Below, one piece after another: positions 57,722-64,000 of a stretch of DNA of 64,000 nucleotides. Numbering within the stretch: the first letter of the stretch is position 1; every line of letters begins with the position of its first letter. Source of the DNA: a phage. The translations under genes and the position numbers were made by a program. The stretch is taken from sequence record PZ000613.1, one strand, 5' to 3'. The notes below the pieces were generated by a model. The model searched no databases. It was not told the DNA's origin and saw only the letters and a program-made list of their open reading frames with translations.

Positions 57722-58735
57722 TTACCAAGTCCCTATTCTAATACGAAGCGTACCATTTGCATCATAGAAGTCGATACGGCTACCATTCATCCACAACCGG
57801 TTACTACCAGAGCCAGCACCTAATTGGAAATCCCCACCAACAGTAAGTCTCCAGTTCGTACCACTCATAGCCCCAGCTGTAATTTTATTGGCTGCCAAGT
57901 TTTGAATCTGAGCATTACTTACTGAAACGTTATCAATCTGTGCCCATTGAATCCTAGCATTAGCTATCATAGCAGTTGTGATGTTGACGTTCTTTATATC
58001 AGCGAACTCCATCCTAGCTCTTCCGTTCTCAAACACAAAAGGTGTATTCCCTGTCGTGCCATTACCAACGATAAACTTGTTAGCTGTTACTTGGAATTGG
58101 CTGTTTGTTCCATTGTTAGTTAGCTTAACTCCAGCATACTGACCGTTAACAGAAGAGTTAACACCCCAAGTTGCTTCATATGAAGAAAGCTTCATATACT
58201 GAGAAAGGGAGTTCTGTACGTTAGTGACCTTCCCATCAACGTCAGTAATTTGCTGCCCTTGAGAGGTAAGTTCTGTCTGGACTAAAGCAATCTCTTCTCC
58301 TTGCTGGTTAACAATACCTTGAACAGTCTGTATCTTAAGATCATTACCTTCAATACTCGTTTTAATACCAGAGATAGAACTTTCTAGTTTAACCGGAGGT
58401 TGTACTGAGTTATCCCAAATATCATCAGTGGACAAGTTGCCCATCTGTGTTATGATGTCTGCAATAGCTGTTTCAATCTCTGTAGTAATCCTATTCTCAA
58501 GCTCATCGAATTGTAAGTTCATCGCATTAAGAGCTTTGATACGAACATCAATCTCATCGTGAATCTCGTCAATAGCTTGGAACATTTGGTTAGTGGCTGT
58601 GCTGACTTTCTGTAATTCATCATACACGGCTACGTTATAAGTTTCTGTGTCCTGTACATTATTGAGAAACCCAACGTTGTACGGGAGTGTGGTGTTATTG
58701 CGACCAGTGTTCTTACGAAAACCACCTGCACCCAT
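57722..58735 (-). CDS. Tail fibre protein (337 aa)
   Basis: Start moved to internal ATG with SD GGAGGA; N-terminal coiled-coil then Gly/Asn-rich beta region. Confidence 0.6.
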   Translation of the reverse strand: MGAGGFRKNTGRNNTTLPYNVGFLNNVQDTETYNVAVYDELQKVSTATNQMFQAIDEIHDEIDVRIKALNAMNLQFDELENRITTEIETAIADIITQMGNLSTDDIWDNSVQPPVKLESSISGIKTSIEGNDLKIQTVQGIVNQQGEEIALVQTELTSQGQQITDVDGKVTNVQNSLSQYMKLSSYEATWGVNSSVNGQYAGVKLTNNGTNSQFQVTANKFIVGNGTTGNTPFVFENGRARMEFADIKNVNITTAMIANARIQWAQIDNVSVSNAQIQNLAANKITAGAMSGTNWRLTVGGDFQLGAGSGSNRLWMNGSRIDFYDANGTLRIRIGTW

Positions 58736-58747
58736 AAGTTCCTCCAA

Positions 58748-58774
58748 AACAATAAAAGGGGCACGAAGCCCCTT
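58748..58774 (-). terminator. Probable intrinsic terminator/attenuator between tail-fibre genes
   Basis: Minus-strand hairpin AAGGGGC-ttcgt-GCCCCTT followed by TTTATTGTTTT. Confidence 0.5.
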
Positions 58775-58778
58775 GTTG

Positions 58779-61778
58779 TTATCTCCGCCCGCCAACAGCA
58801 AACTCTATCGTTAAACCATTGATAGCAGCATTACTGTTAACATCATTATCTATAACATTATAGAAAAGGTATGGATGGTTCAGTCTCACTGAGACGTGCC
58901 TATCAACACCAATCGTATACGTCTTGGATGTATGTGGATGACCATATTCGTTTGAGAATTGACTACCACCCGCCTCGAAAGTATACGTACCAGAGCCTGT
59001 TGTTTGAGGTCTGAACCTATTGATATGCTTCTGATTCCATTCATTAGTGACGTTATCAAAATCAATACCAGTTCTTTCTAACCTCATCTCCAGCGGTTTT
59101 TCTATAACCTTATCATTAAGCCTATCATAGAAGTAATCTAAAGCACCAACATCCACTTGATAGAAGCCTCGTAGGAACGAACCTACTATCGTAACCCTCT
59201 GACGGAAGTTAGTTGCATCCTTTCTCCAAACAAGCTCTTTGATCGATGGGTCATCCCAAGTGATCTCTTGGAAGTCAGCCCAAATCGGACCCCTTTCAAG
59301 GACAGGAGGATCAACCAAACCAATACACTGAGCGTATGGGATAGTGCGGAAAGACCAAGTATCAAACTCGTAGTTCCATACAGCAGCTTTAGTGCAAGCG
59401 AAGCTTTCTTTTGGTTCTCCCGGACCTACATAAAGAACCCAAACTTCTTTCTTGTCCTGATGCAAATGTACTCTAGTTGCTAAAGGGTTAACTAAACATA
59501 TCTCGTTAATCAGCATGTTCTTAACACGGTTAGAAGCGATTGACTTCTTGGTTGCACCATTGTGTAAGATCACGTCGTTCTGAGTAACTACAAAGTGACT
59601 ACCTTCAACTTCGACCACGCACTCAGGGGCAAGGATGCCTGAATCGTTAAAGAGTTTCTTGAACATCAGAGGTTGGTATGTGTTATTAGTTGGAGAACCA
59701 ATATACGTTTCAAACTCTGTATAAACGAACAAGTAGTCTTTAAGAGGTAGGATATCAATCAAGCTTCCGTTGGAGTCTGCTAAATCAATGTAACCAGCAT
59801 ACCCATTTTCTAACGCTTGAGTCTGACCTACGATGTTAGAAGCCAAATCTGAAGACACAGCTCGATCGTAAGCGAAGTCATCCCATAACGTAGGAGCTTT
59901 GTTCTCATTAGCAAAGTTAGACCAACGAAGACGAAGCGGGTAGTTAGTGGTAACACCAGATGCATTAGACTCCCTCATATTCAGAGCAAACAACCTGTTG
60001 TTGAAAGATCTTACTCTTTCACACTTCCAGTTAAATTTCTTAACCGAAGGGTTTCCATCACTATCTACTACTGTTTGTTCACCCCATCCCGGAAGATCTA
60101 CGAAGTATTCAGATTCAAACTCCTTAACCTGAGGGGTTTCGTAGTGAGTGGTTGCTACTGCACAGTTAGAGATTACTGCATGATACCAAGGATAGTCATC
60201 AAATGCATCGTAGTCTCTCTGAGTCATCTGACTTACTGTACAGGTCACGTTAATCTCCCCCTTACGAAGAGCGGTAAGTTTAAGTGTTTTCCCTGTTACC
60301 GATGTAGTAGAAACATATCCAGTTTTATCAACAGACCAAAGATATGAATACTCTCCTTCAGGGGAAGCGGTAGCTGTTATAACTATCTCTTCTCCAACAT
60401 CAAGAGAAGCACTAACAACATCCAACGTTACAGAATCAAGAGGGGTAGCAAAGAGAGAAGCTCTTGCAAAACCTTCCATATCGTTTACGTTAGAATAGTC
60501 GTAGAAATTGTTACCTTCAGCCATCCCTGTCGTATCAATTCCAGATGTAGGTGCTGCAAAGTAAACAACATCCTCTGATTCAGGGACTACAACTTCTTCA
60601 GAAACTGGCTCTGGTTCTGGTGCTGCCATAAAGGAAGATCTTAACATTCTACCAGCAAGCTCAACACGAACGGTACAAACAGCAGTTCTACTACCTTCTT
60701 GAGTTGTAGCAGTAATCTCTGTAAACCCAGCTGTGATTGCAGTGATGGTAGCTTCTGTTCCTGTACCAGATACCGTAGCAATGTTCGGATTAGAAGAAGT
60801 CCAAGTGATGTTCTTATTAGGAGCATTAGCTGGAGATACAGTAGCTGTGAGAATATACTGAGTACCTCTGTTAACAGTTACATCAGTCTGACTTAAAGAA
60901 ACGCTATCAATCTGAGGTATTGCATTAACAGTACAAGTAGCAGTCTTCGTTCCGTTATCTGCTGTGATAGTTGCAGTGCCTACTCCATTAGCAGTGATAA
61001 CAGCAGTTAAGGTGTTTGTGTTAGGAACAACTGATACAATGGCTCCGTTGTTAGTAGACCACGTTACAGGTGTTTTTCCAGTAACAGCTGTGATCGTAGT
61101 GTTACTCTCTTTACGAACAGTCACTGTGTCTTGGCTTAAGAAGATACCTGAATCACCATCAATGATATTAACAGCAATCTGAGCAGATACAGTTTCATCT
61201 TTAGTTTTTACGGTAACAACTAAATTACCTTCCTTACTCAGAGATGTTAGAGAAGCTTTCTTAGAATCAGTTGGGTCTACTGTTATCTGACCGTATGAAG
61301 AGTTACTTAAACTCCAAACTAACTCGGCATTGTTAGCATCCTCTGGAAGAACCGAAACCTCAAGAGCTTTGGTCTGGTTGAAGTTCATAGAGATGGTCGT
61401 TTCTTTAGGAACAATTCTAGAAACAACTGGATAAATCTTAATAGAGGCAGAAGCCCTCTTAGTGACTGTAGCAACCTTACGGCTTATATCAGTCAAGCTT
61501 TCATCTGTCAGCTTATATAACTTCTTATTAGTTCCCACAACAAGAAAGCTATTGCCTGCGCTATAGTAATCAAAAGGCATAGATACAAAAGACAGAGGTG
61601 TTAAATCTTTATCTTCATCTACGTAAGAAAGAGGGGCATTGCCCCCCGTCTTAAAAACCCTCTGCTCAACAAAGCGAGCGTTTATAGCATTAGTGAAAGC
61701 ATTAGGAGCTAAGTCTGTTGGAGCCTGATCAGCGATTACGCCTACAGCACCTAAAGACTTGATTGGATACAGCGCCAT
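58779..61778 (-). CDS. Large tail fibre / host-specificity protein with Ig-like (Big_2-type) repeats (999 aa)
   Basis: Central repeated Thr/Val/Ser-rich beta-sandwich-like segments; SD AAGGAGG. Confidence 0.7.
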   Translation of the reverse strand: MALYPIKSLGAVGVIADQAPTDLAPNAFTNAINARFVEQRVFKTGGNAPLSYVDEDKDLTPLSFVSMPFDYYSAGNSFLVVGTNKKLYKLTDESLTDISRKVATVTKRASASIKIYPVVSRIVPKETTISMNFNQTKALEVSVLPEDANNAELVWSLSNSSYGQITVDPTDSKKASLTSLSKEGNLVVTVKTKDETVSAQIAVNIIDGDSGIFLSQDTVTVRKESNTTITAVTGKTPVTWSTNNGAIVSVVPNTNTLTAVITANGVGTATITADNGTKTATCTVNAIPQIDSVSLSQTDVTVNRGTQYILTATVSPANAPNKNITWTSSNPNIATVSGTGTEATITAITAGFTEITATTQEGSRTAVCTVRVELAGRMLRSSFMAAPEPEPVSEEVVVPESEDVVYFAAPTSGIDTTGMAEGNNFYDYSNVNDMEGFARASLFATPLDSVTLDVVSASLDVGEEIVITATASPEGEYSYLWSVDKTGYVSTTSVTGKTLKLTALRKGEINVTCTVSQMTQRDYDAFDDYPWYHAVISNCAVATTHYETPQVKEFESEYFVDLPGWGEQTVVDSDGNPSVKKFNWKCERVRSFNNRLFALNMRESNASGVTTNYPLRLRWSNFANENKAPTLWDDFAYDRAVSSDLASNIVGQTQALENGYAGYIDLADSNGSLIDILPLKDYLFVYTEFETYIGSPTNNTYQPLMFKKLFNDSGILAPECVVEVEGSHFVVTQNDVILHNGATKKSIASNRVKNMLINEICLVNPLATRVHLHQDKKEVWVLYVGPGEPKESFACTKAAVWNYEFDTWSFRTIPYAQCIGLVDPPVLERGPIWADFQEITWDDPSIKELVWRKDATNFRQRVTIVGSFLRGFYQVDVGALDYFYDRLNDKVIEKPLEMRLERTGIDFDNVTNEWNQKHINRFRPQTTGSGTYTFEAGGSQFSNEYGHPHTSKTYTIGVDRHVSVRLNHPYLFYNVIDNDVNSNAAINGLTIEFAVGGRR

Positions 61779-61787
61779 AATTCCTCC

Positions 61788-62591
61788 TTAGCTAATACGT
61801 CTCCAAATGTGAGCCGCTCTGAATGGTGGCAAAGTGTTAATAGGTTGACGTGAAATGTCATCACGACCAAAGCTAACAGAACCAGAGATGGTGTGAGTGT
61901 GGGTTTCTGCCTCAGTTCTCTTACTGTATCCAGTTCCTGGGTTGTACCAGTTTGGAGAGCTGTTGTGTCCGCTTGCATCACCACGACCAAAGATCATGTT
62001 ATGTGAGTGAGTATTGCTTGACACCTTAAAACTAGAACCGTTGATTGTCATCAGTGGTACGTTCTCAGTACGGATAGTGTTAAACACACGACCACCTGTA
62101 CCGCCTGCTTGGAACTCAACACGCTGAGCGTTAGGAACAGAGCCGTCAGGGTTAACTACACCAGTACCCATGATAACACCAGTGACTTTAGCCCAAGAGC
62201 CAAACCCCAAGGAAATAGAATCGCCCGGATTAATATCTTCTTCAGTGATATAGTAAGCACCAATACGGAATACCTTGTTTTCCATCCAGTTCTTCATGAA
62301 TGCTTCCATCTGACCTTTAGTGACAACATCCTTATCACCAGTCCCCGGAGCAGCATTCTTAATCATAAGGCCACCAACATCCATTGTATCACCAGTGAAC
62401 TTAAGTTTTTCTGACATAACCTTAAAAGTGTCAGAATCTATATCAACTGGTTCTGTAATGTTGGGGAATGTGTTTTGTAGTGTTTGTTTGATGAGGCGGA
62501 TTTGAGCCGCCCCTTCATAAATGTAATCCCTATCGCGAGGATAGAGTGGATTCAAGTCGGTAACTACTACCGCATTAGTTTCGATAGCCAA
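61788..62591 (-). CDS. Tail fibre-like protein (267 aa)
   Basis: Gly-rich beta-strand-type sequence; SD GGAGGTG. Confidence 0.6.
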   Translation of the reverse strand: MAIETNAVVVTDLNPLYPRDRDYIYEGAAQIRLIKQTLQNTFPNITEPVDIDSDTFKVMSEKLKFTGDTMDVGGLMIKNAAPGTGDKDVVTKGQMEAFMKNWMENKVFRIGAYYITEEDINPGDSISLGFGSWAKVTGVIMGTGVVNPDGSVPNAQRVEFQAGGTGGRVFNTIRTENVPLMTINGSSFKVSSNTHSHNMIFGRGDASGHNSSPNWYNPGTGYSKRTEAETHTHTISGSVSFGRDDISRQPINTLPPFRAAHIWRRIS

Positions 62592-62603
62592 AAGGCACCT
62601 CCA

Positions 62604-63095
62604 TTAATATTTACCTTCGGTATAAAGATCAGCTTCTGCAACCCTTCTGTTATGAAGACCCTGACTTCTCTGCTTCTTTCCTTTCACCGTAATCTTATCC
62701 CAACGAAGAAACTCTGAGTATACATCACCTTTGACTTCTCCATTGATAACCTTCCTCAGCTTAGATGTGCTCAGTGCACCACTGCCAACATTGAAGTTGA
62801 AAGAGGTGAGTGCATCGAACTCATGAATAAGCAAAGGAACCTTTATGTTTTTCTGAGTAGCACGAACAGAGTCTTGTGTGTCTCTATCTAGCAGAGCTAG
62901 ACAATCCTCTATAGAATATGTTAATCCTTGCCTAACCGGATAACCATTCATATCGCGCGTAGCCCCTACACATATCGTCCAGATACCTGCGGAATCTTTA
63001 TAAGCCTTAGTTCTCATACCCTCATGCTTCATGATGAATTCCATTCCAGCTGGGCTTAAGTTTAAATGTACAGGTGGCAATGCGACGTTATCCAT
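62604..63095 (-). CDS. GH24 lysozyme (endolysin, T4 e/lambda R type)
   Basis: Catalytic-region motifs HEGMRTKAYKDSAGIWTICVG and FNFNVGSGAL; SD AAGGAGG. Confidence 0.85.
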   Translation of the reverse strand: MDNVALPPVHLNLSPAGMEFIMKHEGMRTKAYKDSAGIWTICVGATRDMNGYPVRQGLTYSIEDCLALLDRDTQDSVRATQKNIKVPLLIHEFDALTSFNFNVGSGALSTSKLRKVINGEVKGDVYSEFLRWDKITVKGKKQRSQGLHNRRVAEADLYTEGKY

Positions 63096-63124
63096 TTCTA
63101 ACCTCCTTTTATGTTCCCTTTAAA

Positions 63125-63343
63125 TTAAGGTAGTATCTTTCTCAGAGCGTTAGATTCAGCATCAGGACAAATAACAACCAAGTTATTTTGAATAGTTCGC
63201 TGTTTGCATTGAGAACTAAGTTTCTCAACAGGAGCTGGTGCTGTGACTAATGGATGGACTGCGTTAACAGGAACTGCTGTAGAGACTACAACTCCTGCAC
63301 CTAAACAGACTAAACCGTAAACAGCTTGTTTCATCATTTTCAT
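63125..63343 (-). CDS. Small membrane/secreted protein upstream of endolysin (possible holin or lysis accessory)
   Basis: Single N-terminal hydrophobic segment, 72 aa, SD AGGAGA; function inferred from position only. Confidence 0.45.
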   Translation of the reverse strand: MKMMKQAVYGLVCLGAGVVVSTAVPVNAVHPLVTAPAPVEKLSSQCKQRTIQNNLVVICPDAESNALRKILP

Positions 63344-63403
63344 TTACGTATCTCCTATGTATTAACCTCTTGGGATATATTAGTTTCATTACCTACTAGC
63401 TCT

Positions 63404-63430
63404 AGTTACTACTAAAGCCCCCGAAGGGGC
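63404..63430 (-). terminator. Rho-independent terminator (minus strand)
   Basis: Minus-strand hairpin GCCCC-ttcg-GGGGC followed by TTTAGTAGT. Confidence 0.55.
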
Positions 63431-63436
63431 AATAGT

Positions 63437-64000
63437 TTATTTACTAGATTTTAACTCAGCCAGTTCTGCTTTTAGCTGCTCAACTTCATCACGGAGATAG
63501 TGAACAGCGCCAATTAAATCCATGACAATAGGATTAACATCAACTCTCGGATGATCACGAGTGATCACCTCACCGTCGACTTCTACCGTCTCCTCACCGT
63601 GCTTGATGTACTGCGGCGCAATCTTCTCTGCATCCTCCGCGATAATACCGAAACGAACGCGCTCCTGTTCATCATCCTTGTAGATAAACGTGACAAGATC
63701 TTGTGAAGCAATCCGGTCAAATGCTTCTTTCGGATCTGCTGGGGTTATGTCGCGCTTAAAGTCACGTCCAGAAGTTCCCTGCGCCTGCATTACGGACCAT
63801 GCGGACCAAGTTGTAGTGGTGGCACCACGAACTCTCAACAAACCTGTGGGACTAATCTGAAGCTGGGCGCGCTGCGAGGAGTCTTTATAGCGAGACATGT
63901 GCAGCAATGCCGCATACGCGTCCCCCCAGTTAACCCCATTAGCCCCAGCACCTGCATAAATGCCGTTAGTAGTAAAGTCGTTTGCATTTAGGCTGACACC
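63437..64000 (-). CDS. Partial CDS: C-terminal part of tail fibre/tailspike with S74-type intramolecular chaperone domain; N-terminus beyond window end
   Basis: Minus-strand frame open to the window edge; ...SGRDFKRDI...FGIIAEDAEKIAPQYI... resembles S74 chaperone motifs; C-terminal coiled coil. Confidence 0.7.
   Translation of the reverse strand, partial: GVSLNANDFTTNGIYAGAGANGVNWGDAYAALLHMSRYKDSSQRAQLQISPTGLLRVRGATTTTWSAWSVMQAQGTSGRDFKRDITPADPKEAFDRIASQDLVTFIYKDDEQERVRFGIIAEDAEKIAPQYIKHGEETVEVDGEVITRDHPRVDVNPIVMDLIGAVHYLRDEVEQLKAELAELKSSK

Overview
The window reads as a 64-kb segment of a virulent tailed-phage genome with no integrase or repressor module and very high coding density. It has two blocks. 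A rightward (+) early/middle block spans 2.3-47.6 kb and a leftward (-) late/structural block spans 47.7-64 kb and wraps to 1-1.7 kb. They are separated by a divergent control region (1.7-2.3 kb) and a convergent bidirectional terminator (~47.65 kb). The + block has strong sigma70-like early promoters, an ORF-poor 1.8-kb promoter/terminator array, many small early ORFs including a 9-member paralog family, and one clear tRNA-Arg(TCT). It also encodes a T7 gp4-like primase-helicase, a three-way split family-A DNA polymerase (3'-5' exo, polymerase and 5'-3' exo/FEN as separate genes), SSB, dCTP deaminase, ThyX, thioredoxin, PhoH, a Dps-like ferritin, a CCA-adding-like nucleotidyltransferase, a phage sigma factor, an overlapped spanin pair and two HNH endonucleases. 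The - block encodes a 1473-aa internal virion protein, two paralogous Q/N/Gly-rich proteins, an SLT transglycosylase, several tail-fibre proteins (one Ig-like, one ending in an S74 chaperone domain, partial at the window end) and a GH24 lysozyme. The most unusual locus is 16.5-26.1 kb: two amidoligase-family genes, a class-II glutamine amidotransferase fused to Cys-rich zinc ribbons, an ATP-grasp ligase, a gamma-glutamyl cyclotransferase-like gene and several large unknown ORFs. The amidotransferase has no canonical start codon in front of its catalytic Cys. The gene content (phage sigma factor, tRNA-Arg, ThyX, amidoligase cluster) resembles the phiEco32/7-11 podovirus lineage, but that is inference from memory, not a database result. 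All domain calls are from motif recognition by eye; no searches were run.
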